From: a bacterium
GTDB taxonomy: Bacteria; UBA8248
DNA: 64,000 nt
NCBI GenBank assembly: GCA_965213685.1
Contig: CBDBZY010000064.1
Location: 960,001-1,024,000 of the forward strand
Direction: 5' to 3'
The position numbers were made by a program, and so were the translations under genes. The notes under the pieces were generated by a model, which searched no databases, had not been told where the DNA came from, and saw only the letters and a program-made list of their open reading frames with translations. Positions 13,242-35,220 of the stretch are shown in pieces. How positions within the stretch are numbered: the first letter of the stretch is position 1; every line of letters starts with the position of its first letter.

Positions 13242-13977
13242 CCCGACGGACTCGTGTAACAGTTTCGCGCCACAACAAAGTACGCATGCGTGTGGGACCA
13301 AAATTGTTGAGGGCCGATCAAATTTTACACAAAAAAAAGGTCCGGGTAGGACCAGTTTTGCATACAATTTTGATCCCCCCGGACCGTTTTTGATCCTGGA
13401 CCAAAATTAACGCGACGCAAGGAACCGACATCCAAGGCACCACGGAGGCGTGGCTTTTTGCCTTTTAACCCTTTCCTCTCGGCGATCGTGTACACAATCA
13501 TGCGGTGCGACTGCTATGTTATATCGAACTCAAATAGCTCAGGCCAAGTTGTTATGGCCACTAAAATGCTTAAGCAACTGTCGGTAGATTGTTCTTAGGG
13601 GTAGAACCAAGTTATGAGTCAATCTCCCAGATAGGGATACCTCTCTACAACGGACAAAAGGCCTGCTCCCAATGTGTCCGTTGTTCGGAGGCTCCACTGT
13701 ATACGGTACGTATTATACTGTACATGTATTTCTCATGTACACAGTTTCAACAGACTCAAGTAGAGCAATTCTGCGGAAGGGAAAATGGCCTTTCCATCTT
13801 GCCATCAAACCCTGAGGACTTGAGCACTGTTATGTCCCTAAGAATGGCTGCTCTAACATGAAGCGACTTTTGCTGATTCTTAATGGTGTGCTTGCTCCTG
13901 AGTCAGCACAGCAGACGAGGCCAGCAGAGGTGTGTATAGTGTATATGACCTCATTCTTATGATGGTATATTTAGTAA

Positions 13978-14285
13978 TAGTTATAACACACGCACGAGGG
14001 ATGTATCGGATTTACAATCACGACGCCCGAGGGCGAAGCCGGAGGGTGGAGTGATTGTAAATTTTATACATCCTGACATGGGCGTGTTATCAACTGTTTT
14101 GTGGCTTCCTACTCTGCTACGTATGATATGGTGCTAAGTGTTTTGACTATTGAAAACAGAATCCTAGTAAGTGCTCATTAGTCTCCACCCCAGGGATACA
14201 ACTGGTTGTAACCCTACCTGCAGGGATACAACCGATTTGTAACCCTGGCGATCTCTTTGATCTACATAAGCAGTATGCCACAAAT
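13978..14285. mobile_element. Non-autonomous repeat with internal hairpin (possibly Crypton-like)
   Basis: TTATAACAC..GAGGGATGTATCGGATTTACAATCAC..CCCGAGGGCGAAGCC; absent in the paralog near 34215; reverse copy at about 52175-53017. Confidence 0.5.
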
Positions 14286-14490
14286 TATCCTGTATTAGCA
14301 CCAAACACTTGATGGTTTCCTTTTGTGCATGTAATTATTGCACCCATTTCCTTTGGGGTGCAAAGGTCAAATTATGTGTACCCGTTTCCCTTGGGGTGCA
14401 AAGGTCAACTTTTGTGCACCCACAGGGGAACCTGGAAACTGGTCTACTACAGTGATTGTTGCAATTTCAGATAAAAATGACTTGTATTGC

Positions 14491-14720
14491 AGACCTTGCA
14501 TTATGACCTGTATGCCCTTATGAATTATCTCACCATCCCCCCCTTCATACTACCACTCCATCACTTCTTATCACTCCACCAGGCTCCTCATGAAAGAATA
14601 TTTTGGTCAGCTAAGCAGTGAAGACAAGCGTCACACTTACATCATAAATTTTGTCATGAGTTAGATTTCTATTATTCTCTTTACCCAGAAGAGCAATATT
14701 CACACAATCATGATTGTGAA
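14491..14720 (+). pseudogene. Relic of a divergent sulfotransferase paralog (C-terminal part)
   Basis: Translates with one frameshift to TLHYDLYALMNYL...TRLLMKEYFGQLSSEDK / HELDFYYSLYPEEQYSH, matching copy A TRVLLHKYYSQLSSELK...ELDFYYHLYPEEQWSH. Confidence 0.8.
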
Positions 14721-15155
14721 CACGCATACTGTGAGATCACACTGTCCAAATGATTTGTTTTGATGACTCATGTGCATAGCAATGTTCTGTCAAATATGGA
14801 ATGTAAACACTCAGACCATGGTCATAGGCAATGTACATAGTATGTGCATGGAGGAGTGAGCTTCATGGTAGTGTGGGAAGTGCCAAGGTACCATGTACGC
14901 GTATACTAGCTGTATGTGTATGATGCATGAACAAGTGCACAAAGTGACAATGTTTGTGTTGTACACTGTACAGTGGTCAAAACTGTAGTTTGTTGAGTAG
15001 CTTAGTTCCCAGGCGTTGGTTGGGGCCAAGTACTAGGCTGTGGATAGTGTTGCTTCATGTAGAATGAGAATCACTATGGCACATCAATACACAGTCATAT
15101 AATGATATTGAGTTAAAATCATGCATCAGGCAGAGGAGATACCATGCACAATGCT

Positions 15156-23868
<8,713 letters not shown>

Positions 23869-26800
23869 CTGAAAAGAATAGAAAGTACCAACGGTTATTT
23901 AGAGTACATTAACATGTACATATACAATGGAAATACTAGGCTTTGTACTCATTGCCACTTCATTGGAGTGCCTTTCCTCATAGCAGGCACTACCACTGGA
24001 AATGAGAGTGGATACCATTAACAAGTGTGGTTGGAATTATTTGTCAAAGTAGCTACTGCATCACAACCAACGGAATGCATCAAGACATACGTAGAGCAGA
24101 GCAACTCCTCCCTGAGGACAACGGCTACTATGGCATAAGATGCTATCCTAGCATCATTTCATTTCAATTAATGTATAGACCACATGAAGGAATATGGTGT
24201 ACAATTCATAAGCTACTGAAGTATGGTATGTGCTTAGTGTTTAGCCAGTACACACATAAACATTAGAAGGCTCTGCATGTTAAAAAATGTAACAAGTATT
24301 AACAGCAAGTGAGTACGTCATAACCAGTTTAGTAATACTATGACTAGGGGGTTACTGTTGAGTATAGAAACACAAGAATACATGTATCTCCCTCAGTATT
24401 TATGCATGTGACCCATACCCTCAGTAGTCTAGCATGCTAGACCCTCTCCTTCCACTACGCACGCGATGAAGCCACACGTGGGGAGAGAAGAGACTGCAAG
24501 TGAGTGATAGCAGTTAGATTTGGGAGTGTGTCTTCTCCAGGGCTGTATCCCAATGCTACATTTGACGCTGAGGTTAATGGCCCCACAGCCTGAGGGCGTG
24601 GCATGCAGTGGTTCACACATGCGCACGATGAGGGAACTTGGAAGTCATGTGACAGTTGGCGGTAGACGGACAGAGCTGGCTCATTGGTGGCTGCTCTTGT
24701 GAGAGCAAAGCTTTCCCACCCACCCATCCTTAGGCTGTGTATGGGTTATATACAAAAGGGGGAAGGGTCTTTGTGTAGTCATTGCTCTGGGAGGGTGTTT
24801 CGTGGCAGACCAGGCTCTGCATCTCCAGGTGAATCTGTGACTGTGTCTGGGCAGGAGGGGCGGGTGGGCCACTCCTCTCACCCAAGTTTGCAGGCGCAAC
24901 CCGGGGGGGCAATTTGCCTGAAGCCACTCCCCTCTTGTCCGCCAACCCAGGGCAATACTCTACTATAGGTAGTAGGGGTACTATCTGGTAGGGGTAGCTA
25001 GTCTGGATGCTGTGCCACACCCATTTTCGATGTTCCTGTCACAACACACTCTACTCTGGTCAAGAGACTCCCTACACATTCCACAGTCTCAAGGGTATAG
25101 GAGAAGTAAGAACCTAGTGTGGGAGTGACTGTGAATAGTGGTGGGGGTGGGAGGGGGAGTGGGGGTGGGAGGGGGGGGAGCATAGGTGGCCATTTAAGTT
25201 GTAGCCACACTGCAATAGTGGTTATCTCAGTTGCAGCTGAAATGTCATCATGTCACTCCCACACTAGGTTCTTACTTCTCCTATACCCTTGAGACTGTGG
25301 AATGTTTAGGGAGTCTCTTGACCAGAGTAGAGTGTGTTGTGACAGGAACTTGACATGTGGTGCCACAATGGGAGGTCACTCCCATGCAGGGAGCGTAGGA
25401 AGCACTCCGGCCAGTCAGGCAATGGCTTGACCAGTATTCCATCAAAAATGGGCATGGCACAGTGTGGTAGGCATGGCCCCATGTGAAATGGATGTAGCAA
25501 TTGTCCACGACTACTGGAACTAGTTCTCAGTCTGAGGGGAGCCATATCAGCCAGGTCTTGAATTTAACGTTCCCAAGTGTTCTTTGAGAAGTTAATCATT
25601 TCAGCATTGATCATTTCAATATTCAACATTAATTTTAGTATATTATTTCCACTTTAAAGATGAACATGGCTCAATCTCACTGTAAACATTATGGGTGTGG
25701 TAATAATAGCCTGACCAATACGATTTTACTTCCTACTCCACTGCCAGGCCATGCACAATAGACTGGACTAATGGACTGCCATTGATAAACCCTATCACTC
25801 AATCCCAAATACTTATTGGAGGATTTCCTACACATTTGCACATTCTGTTCAGTGCCAGGTATTGAGATAACCATATATAATGGTTTTGCAAGTAGCTTTT
25901 GCTGGTAACAACAGGTCTAGTCTATTGAGCTAGACCCTCCCTTCTGCTTGTATGCAATTCTTCACGATTTGGATACAAATGGAAGAGAGAGTCTAATTCA
26001 GTTCCTGTGTACTGGTATATGTAAAAATAATCTTATTTCCATACAGATGACAGGCTTTGCAAGACTAGTCTAAATTTCACCATCTTTTATTGTGTCAGGC
26101 TACAATAAAATGCTACTTCATTTTTACTACATTTAGAGCGTTCCACTGCATGTTGTTGTATCATGGATGAGTATAGCAGACACATGTAATTATGGTTAGT
26201 AAAACAGACACCTCATGGAATCAGTTCCTTCCGAGCATGTGGTCACACACGCATACAATGCAAAAAATTTCACAAAATAGTATACGTACATATGGTGGGA
26301 TATATGTCCTCTCCCACATACACTTGGGACTCAGACATGGATCACTGCCAAACAGTTCAAACACATGCTAACTATAATATAAAATTAATATAATGTGGCT
26401 CTGCATATGATCACTGTGAAACTTGTACTACCTTTGGAGTAACTTGGGAATGAGTCATTGCCTGATGTGTGTGCATCATATATACATCAGCGTATGCTGG
26501 CCACAACGCAAGTGAATATTGCACATGGCAGTGGACCAAAAGAACGTTCATAAAGGAGACAAAAGGTTTGCCCAGTTGGTTGGGCCATGGCCACCTTGCT
26601 GTACTGGCCTTGGGACCATTGAGTAGTGTGTGGGGGATGATTATAACAAAGGGATACATGCATCATCACATTCTCAAATGTGTAATTCTTAAGCACCTTT
26701 CTATGCAGTGTTGAGTGTATGTACAATGAAGTGGGTGTCTCTTATCGTTCATTTCAGCTTTGGAATAATTCAGTTTTGCTAGACAAAACACAAACCATGA

Positions 26801-27015
26801 TGTTTTCAGCTTATGGTTGGATGTCCTCAACTATACGTACACTTGGGATTGTCGTGGGAAATGTTCTGTACCCTTGCAAATGAGAACAGTGCATAGGAAT
26901 GTTGCTCCTACTATGTACGTACATGCACAGGCATCTTCAAAACAAATGTACTGGCATATTCCAAGCACAATCCTCAATACTAGCAACACTATTAATTCAC
27001 CTGTTATGACACCTA

Positions 27016-27455
27016 CCGTAGATCGGGAAATTTTCAACTGTAGAAACTTTCGTCTGTCAAATTTTCGCGTTAAAATATTTTCGTCGCTCCAGCACACCGA
27101 CGAAAATTAAATACGACGAAATTTTAAATCTGACAAAATTTTAACGGCGTTTACGGTATCTGTACACTTGCGTACATGGATCGAGTCTCCTCTAGGATCA
27201 GGTAGAGAACCGATTGGTTCAACACAGCCATTTGCTTCACACGTGTACTCGCTGAATAGCCTCGTACCCAGGCCCCCGCGTTGAAGGCCTGGGTACGAGG
27301 CTACTCGCTGAAGTGCTTCGCGATCTTATTATTCGACTTGGAAAATATTTCGCGTGTTCTTATTTTTCGACGTGGAAAATATTTCGCGTGTTAAAATTTC
27401 GACGTTAGAAGCACCGACGAAATATTTTTAACGACGAAAATTTCCCGATCTACGG
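27016..27455. mobile_element. 440-bp pogo/Tigger-like MITE, TA TSD
   Basis: TA[CCGTAGATCGGGAAATTTTC...GAAAATTTCCCGATCTACGG]TA; empty site caccTAtgtagg near 3669. Confidence 0.88.
27257..27303. mobile_element. 47-bp Academ-like micro-element, 9-bp TSD
   Basis: ctcgctgaa[TAGCCTCGTACCCAGGCC..GGCCTGGGTACGAGGCTA]ctcgctgaa. Confidence 0.85.
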
Positions 27456-27992
27456 TATGTAGGTCATTCAACATATAGTATGCCTTTGGTGTGTATGAAG
27501 CAGGCTTAGTACTAATGCAGTGTCCCCGAATGCCTGGTGTGTGACCAGCACATACCACGCGTAGGTATGAACAAATAAATCGTGCTTACTATGTATAACC
27601 TCTTACACTGTGGCTAAGGACCTCCCATATTTGGACATAGAAATATGCAAACGAGAGTCCAGTAGTGTACTATCCACACATTTCCACATGCCTTCAGTCT
27701 CAAGGGTATAAGAGAAGTATGAACCAAGCCCGTAGGCAGCAAACAGAGTGGGAGGGTGCTTTCTTTGATTAAGTGGACTTTATGAAATATGGCTAACTTA
27801 TATACTCATTCAGAGAATGTTACAATTACATGAAGTGGTGTGTCAGTTCAAGTACTATAATGCCAATGATATACATTCAAAGGTGGTGTACACCTAAAAA
27901 TTGTTTACTATAAACTGTAAGTATCGTACACACAGACGTATAATGCTACTTATATGAGCAAAGACTCCAATTCAAGCATCGTTGGTTTACGT

Positions 27993-28031
27993 TAGTCTCG
28001 CGTAGCCAGACTCTCTCGCTACGCGAGACTA
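27993..28031. mobile_element. 39-bp Academ-like micro-element, 9-bp TSD
   Basis: ggtttacgt[TAGTCTCGCGTAGC cagactctctc GCTACGCGAGACTA]ggtttacgt. Confidence 0.85.
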
Positions 28032-28066
28032 GGTTTACGTACCCACGCAGTAAAGTAAGCATGTGG

Positions 28067-28176
28067 TAGTCTGTGAACCAGACCGTATTCCGTGAACGCG
28101 CATGCACGAGGGAAAGGAGGAGGGGAGGACGCTTGCGCATGAACGTTCACCGAATACGGTCTGGTTCACGAGACTA
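28067..28176. mobile_element. 110-bp Academ-like MITE
   Basis: gcatgtgg[TAGTCTGTGAACCAGACCGTATTC...GAATACGGTCTGGTTCACGAGACTA]gcatgtgg; 8 bp of flank duplicated. Confidence 0.75.
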
Positions 28177-28487
28177 GCATGTGGGCAAACATGCGCATTT
28201 TCAAAGTAGGCGTCACACGCTCGCTCCGCACGCGTCAAAACGCTGATTTACGCAACAACTATGCTCAAGGTGGACCTCTGTGCAAACGGGGTGGGTGCGT
28301 ACGCACCCCACGCACCCCCCCTGCCTACGGGCTTGTGAACTCAGGGTGGGAGTGACATGATGACATTCAGATGCAACTGAGATAGGTTAAAATAACCATC
28401 TCTTGTTTGCAATTTTCCAGTGCTATGCAAAGGCTTTCGAGTATAGAGTACAATATTAAAAAGCAAGGATCAGCTCCTGTGGCTTAC

Positions 28488-29640
28488 TTTTTTGCATCAG
28501 AGAGAAAACTCCCGAGTTCTTCAAAGTTGTTTTGATTACGGTTGATCACTGCAAAAGTAAATGCATGTACATGTATTGTACATTTTAACCTTGCAAGCAG
28601 TTGCAGCTCAATGACACCATCACACTGAATTTATATTTCTCCTATACTCTTGAGACTGAATGCATGTGTGGAATGTGTAGGGTGTCTCCAGTGTGACGCG
28701 TGTTGTGACAGGGACTTGACATGTGATGAGTAATAATAATAACTCAAGGGACTGCCCTGACAGTAATGCTAGAGCAGCCCCTTGCCAGTTCCTGTCACAA
28801 CACACATCATTTTGCAGACACTCTACACAATCCATACATACATTCAGTCTCAAGAGAATAGATAACTCAGTATGGGAATGAGATGGTGTCACTCAGCTGC
28901 AACTGAGATAACCTTAGCAAGGTTAAAATAACCATCTCTTTTTTGCAGTGTAGGTTAACCAGATTAGGATTTCAAACCCGCTATTTTTCGTATACAGTAT
29001 AGGTCTGTAGCCATATGCAAAACATTTACCAATCCTCGCGCCAACCTTACTTGCCCCACTTTCCAAAATACGAAATGAAAACCTACCGTTATTTTGCTAG
29101 TTCACGCCGCATACATGTAGCAACGCACCTTGTCCGGGGAGACGTCAACCCAACCACTAGGGATACTTCTAGGATTCTCACGAGTAAGCACCCTATCAGT
29201 CGCGCACAAGCCTTGAAGCTGGATGGCCCACGGGAACAAAAACGGCGGTACGAGCCCGCAGTCCGTGCACAATGAGACTGAGCGACGGGAGGTATTGTGA
29301 GAGCCACGCCTTATCCCGCATGAGAAGGCGTGGCTCCACAAGTCTGCTATAGCTGATTTAGGGGTGTATGCGAGCATAATGAGTTGTTTCGCCAGTTCAC
29401 GCCCGTATACATGCAGCTGTATCGTAACGCACCTTGTTCTGGGGCACTTTAACCCAGCAACTCGGGCTTCTTGTAGGACTCACAAGTAGCCCAATGCAGA
29501 TGGTATGACCCGGCTTGTTCCGTATTGTCTGACACCCAAGCACCTGTCAAAATACATCACTAATCCATTAGAAAAATCTACCACTTTCGTGGAAGGCGCA
29601 AACTTTCAACCTGGTACACCCAGCTCCACTCCTTTGTATA
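28488..29640 (-). promoter_or_regulatory. Putative promoter/5'-UTR module upstream of sulfotransferase copy A
   Basis: Non-coding exon 28488-28548 and donor at 29081-29086. Coding exon 1 has an acceptor directly before its ATG, so upstream UTR exons are expected. Confidence 0.55.
28581..28950. mobile_element. Palindromic EnSpm/CMC-like MITE, 2-bp TA flanks
   Basis: Right end ...ATCTCTTTTTTGCAGTG (CACTGC type) and internal inverted repeats; absent from the other three module copies (attgTAggc). Confidence 0.6.
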
Positions 29641-29967
29641 CAATGCAAGAAGTCTCCTTCCCAAGTTAGGTGCTAGTGTGGAAAATGTTGAGCCAACTAT
29701 AATATGCATAGTGGAATTTCAATGGCGGGTTATATAGTGTCGTAGTCTCTCGGAACTTGTGAACTCTGGAGCCGCTCGGTTGATGGTGAGGCTATCGGTA
29801 ACTTTTCGAGGCTGTGTAAACTCACGTTTTTGAGGTTCCATTAGCTACTAATGGAGTGGAAGTACAAACAGTACGATCTGGTGTCATATACGCGGTTGGG
29901 AGCGGCTTTTCGGCTCTATCGAGCGAACTACCATGCACGGCAGTTCGCTCTATGAGCGAACTAACTC

Positions 29968-31336
<1,369 letters not shown>

Positions 31337-31789
31337 GTGTCCAGCCAAAGTGGTAAGCCTATTGGAGAAGTATACGTTCTTGGGCTACTCAAAGCCAAGC
31401 AAGCTTCTGTTCCTACTCAAACATCTAGCACTGAGCTGATATAGTGTAATTATAATGTTGAGGTGATACTTCTACATGTAACTGTACTGAGATGTATATA
31501 TGATCAATGAGACTGCCTTGATTTGTTGTAGGAGTATATCACGTGCCCATGACCACCCTCCACTAACTCTGCTGGTACATGGTAGACGTAGCAAAGACTG
31601 CCATACTGTGTGTGTGTGTGTGTGTGTGTTTTGCAAGTGCAATGTTTGTGAATGATATTCAGCAGTGCCAGTCATAAGGCTAACATACACTTCTACAAAG
31701 ACATGCATCAAAAATGAATGGCATGACTACTGTGAATACATTATTTATCATTAAGCTGCGCGAGGGTTACACACTTTCCAAGTGCTTTT

Positions 31790-32520
31790 CATTATTGATG
31801 GGTTCTCCCAATCTCTCTGCCTCTATCATTTTTCACCACTTTTGAAATCAGCAAATTTTTTTTATGCCACCATCTTCTCCTGCAGATATTCTTACCCCGC
31901 GCACGCATGTGCACAGCAATGTTAATAATGCCTTCCAAGGGGCACGGACATGTATACACAAAAGTACTACAAGTAGGGTAATAACTCAATAAAAGTGAGC
32001 AATATGTGAAATACAAATAGCATGAATAATGCGTCTCAAAAGTGGAATGTTCAGGGATCCGCAGCAGCCTGCAGTGTGCATTGATGACATGTTCTAGGAG
32101 AGGGACTTCACAGCTGTCACAGTAAAGGCACGGCTTTTCCCTCTTCCATGGTGACTCATTAGCCTTGTGAGGGCTTGCACACAGTTGGTGTACCTGCCAC
32201 CACACTCAAGGGCACTATCCCAAATCCTAGGCCATCATGGAGGCTTTTTCCTTGTATTTCTTAACTGACATCATATGGTCTTTCTGCAATAACTTGTTCC
32301 TCATCAACTTGAAACAGAAACCTTCCCTTCATATGTACGAATATCATCTGCATGCAAAAACCCTCCAGCGTACTATGATAGAAGTTGTTAATGGAAGGCC
32401 CTAGGCCAGAGGCCTGCAGCTTGATCAAAAGTGCGTTCAGAAACAGTGTAGGTGACAACACAGAGCCCTGCCTGACTCCTCTCTAAACAATGAAGTCAGA
32501 GGACATGTTTCCATTCATGC
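31790..32520 (-). mobile_element. Internally deleted RTEX/L2-like LINE remnant
   Basis: VRQGSVLSPTL motif near 32450-32485 joined to the 3' end; homologous to 46020-47470. Confidence 0.65.
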
Positions 32521-32852
32521 ACACTGCTGCTGCTGCTGCTACTGGTGCTGCCACAGCTGCTACTGCTACTGCTACTGTGAGTGAGAAGTTGCACTTGACT
32601 GATCCTCGAAATAATAGGCCTGCCAGACAACAACCCAAGGCCGGTTGGCAGACAGTTCTGGCAAGACAGTTTAACCAGGTACGGCGATCTATTAAACGGC
32701 AACAAGCTGGCAGCTTCGGAAAGTCAACACTCGACTACAAATCGTCACAACTCTAGTCAGCCTCAACGGGAAAAAGTCAATGTGTCTGGATATGGTTTCT
32801 CACTGCCCTTTGGAAGAAAAAGTGTTCTCTATAGATAAGGGAACAGCCTATC

Positions 32853-32930
32853 GACTTTGCCTGCTGGCTGCTGTTGGTAGAGCGTCAGCATATAAAGCTG
32901 AGAGTCGTGGGTTCGAGTCCCGCAGGAGTC
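32853..32930 (+). other. tRNA-derived SINE head or tRNA pseudogene
   Basis: TTGGTAGAGCG, stem TCAGC-atataaa-GCTGA, B-box GGTTCGAGTCCC, followed by a T-rich tract; acceptor and D stems imperfect. Confidence 0.55.
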
Positions 32931-33139
32931 CACTTTTTCTTTCACTTTTCTTTCCATCACTCAGGTGAATATAATACGGCAGTGAGTTTTTCCCCCTCAA
33001 TAGACTGGGCTGGGTTGGGTTGCCCCAGACTTTATTAACCACTTTGTCTATTGAGGGGTTATCACATGTGTCTGTCTGCCTGTCTGTCTCTCTGTCTCTC
33101 TATTCATGACCGCTCAGGCTCGCCCCAAATGATGCCCTG

Positions 33140-33584
33140 CATCTTACTATTATTTTTTTTTGTCTCATTCGTCGGGCCAGTTCCTTGAGCAAGCCTCGAG
33201 CTTCCACTTCAAATGCTCCCAAAGTCTCCACAGCAATGGGGACAAATATACACGAGCTGGAAAGGTGAGCATACCTTTCCTTTTTCTGAAACTCTGCATC
33301 TGTAGCAACTGCAGGCCTCTCTTGATGATGAGAATGACGGCCCTTACTGAAACGACAACTCAGGCCATGTGTCCCAAGTCTGTTGCCCCACAGCATGAGC
33401 AAATGTGTGGTCGGCAGAGAGATGCTCCAAGCCTGAAGCCAACTGCAGTTCTTACCACATCGTCACTCAAGCACAGGCCCAAGGCAGCAATAGGGAGCAC
33501 GTTGAGCCAGGCGCCTGACTCTGGGCATACAACAGCCAAGAGACGGTCCTTGGACTGACTATCTGGAGCCTCCTCCAAAAGCAT
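33140..33584 (-). mobile_element. CRE-clade non-LTR retrotransposon C-terminal fragment
   Basis: ESGAWLNVLP..RTAVGFRLG..HICSCCG, HGLSCRFSKGRHSH and FVPIAVETLGAF motifs (zinc knuckle/RLE region), internally deleted. Confidence 0.65.
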
Positions 33585-34712
33585 GTTATTATTATTTTCG
33601 TATTATTTTTATTACTATTATTCTTATTATTTTTATTACCAAAACAAGGTGCAAGGTACATCAAAGAGAAGAAAAGAAGGAGCAGAACACATAAGAATGA
33701 CTGACATGAAAGTGCTCTTAGAAGTGACTCACATGGAGAATGTAAACCATAAGTCTTCTAATAGAGATGCTCTGTTTTTGAGACGTAAGCTCTCTCACGC
33801 GTGTAGACCCAGACCTATGTGCTTTTTTAGAATTATGCGCGTGGGTATCATCATGCTATATTATTGGTGAAATCAAATTTGGTGGATGTTTGTGATTCGC
33901 CAAACCGCAAATTAAAGTCCTCGCCAAATTTTCCCGCTATACGGTATGTATTATACTGTACATGTATTTCTCATGTACACAGTTTCAACAGACTCAAGTA
34001 GAGCAATTCTGCGGAAGGGAAAATGACCTTTCCATCTTGCCATCAAACGCTGAGGACTTGAGCACTGCTATGTCCCTAAGAATGGCTGCTCTAACATGAA
34101 GCGACTCTTAATGGTGTGTGCTTGCTCCTGAGTCAGCACAGCAGAAGAGGCCAGCAGAGGAAGTGTTAAAGGAGGTGTGTATAGTGTATATGACCTCATT
34201 CTTATGATGGTATATTTAATTATCCTTCTGTGCCAGCATTAGCACCAAACACTTTTGATAGCTTCCTTTTGTGCATGTAATTATTGCACCCATTTCCTTT
34301 GGGTGCAAAGGTCAAATTTTGTGTACCCGTTTCCCTTGGGGTGCAGATAAAAATGACTTGAATTGCAGGTGAATCGTGAAATCATTCAAGAACTTAGGTG
34401 CTCTTCATAGACTACAAAACTATTTGCTACTAAAAGGCACTCACTTGAAAGACTCTTGTCAGCATATGGGAATAAACTGGAATCTCATTATCACACCTAT
34501 GGTAAGCTTAGTAGGTGTACATAAGGATTGGCCAGGGTCCTCAGCATCAAACCTGTACATTTGAAATTTGCAATTTTCACTTTCACTATGGAAACAATCT
34601 GACTTCTAGTGGTAGCCAAGTTAATAGTATGTAAAAGTTTAACTGTACCTTAAAAAGTGTGGGAAAATAGTATATGAGGTGTGTTTTATATGCATTTTCA
34701 CAAATAATCGTC

Positions 34713-34794
34713 CTTCTTCTTCTTCTTCTTCTTCTTCTTCTTCTTCTTCTTCTTCTTCTTCTTCTTCTTCTCCTTCTTCTTCTTCTTCTTCTTC
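34713..34794. repeat. (CTT)n microsatellite
   Basis: Direct inspection; only about 3 units at the homologous site near 22159. Confidence 0.95.
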
Positions 34795-35220
34795 CAGTTG
34801 AAGAAGCGAAACTCAATAACTGTAGTACACATGTAGGAACATTGCATTGGTGGCTAGTGCATAGGCATAATTTTTTTTGTTAACCCCTTCACTTCTTGAG
34901 ATATTGATGATTATCTATCTTCTCCATGTACTTTGTGTGTTGAAGAAATTACAATGAGGGTAAGGGCCCGGGACTTGTGTTGCATAATCGGACATCACCG
35001 TACTCCATGTTTCATCATCATTTCCATGACAACTAGTTACAATAATAGTGTGTACTCTACATCCAGGACCTGAGATCTTGTCTCCATTCCTTTTTATGCA
35101 ATCCCTACAAAATTGAATTTATAAATTTACTTGTATTTATGAGCAACATAAGCACTTTCCAGCAAACACCCAGAATCTTGGCATACTCTCAGAAACTCAT
35201 CTCAAGCAACAGACATCCAC

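Larger units (their letters stand above)
9464..13417 (-). mobile_element. Ginger1-type DNA transposon (Gypsy-like integrase, no RT)
   Basis: Left end TGTCACATCAAATTTGGTCC matches the reverse complement of the right end (CGTCGCGTTAATTTTGGTCC) at 15/20; GGTCC/GGACC subterminal arrays at both ends; encloses the spliced integrase gene. No clear 4-bp TSD. Confidence 0.75.
7300..13699. mobile_element. 6.4-kb composite insertion bounded by pogo/Tc1-like CAGTGGA..TCCACTG ends, TA TSD
   Basis: Filled site ttcctgcTA[cagtggaacctcc...ggaggctccactg]TAtacggt versus empty paralog ttcccgcTAtacggt near 33938. Confidence 0.8.
27725..28335. mobile_element. 611-bp CA..TG MITE with 5-bp TSD (hAT5-like)
   Basis: tgaac[CAAGCCCGTAGGCAG...CTGCCTACGGGCTTG]tgaac; empty site near 3943. 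Confidence 0.82.

Noticed and set aside
11573-13367. Gypsy LTR retrotransposon
   Set aside because: No gag, protease, RT, RNase H or LTRs; introns and TIR-like ends indicate Ginger1.
32853-32930. Functional tRNA gene
   Set aside because: Acceptor and D stems do not pair properly and the anticodon loop (ATATAAA) is atypical; treated as SINE-derived.
34586-34883. Poly-Arg/poly-Leu ORFs (also poly-Tyr at 59333 and His-Thr/Cys-Val at 21719 and 41388)
   Set aside because: Translations of microsatellites.
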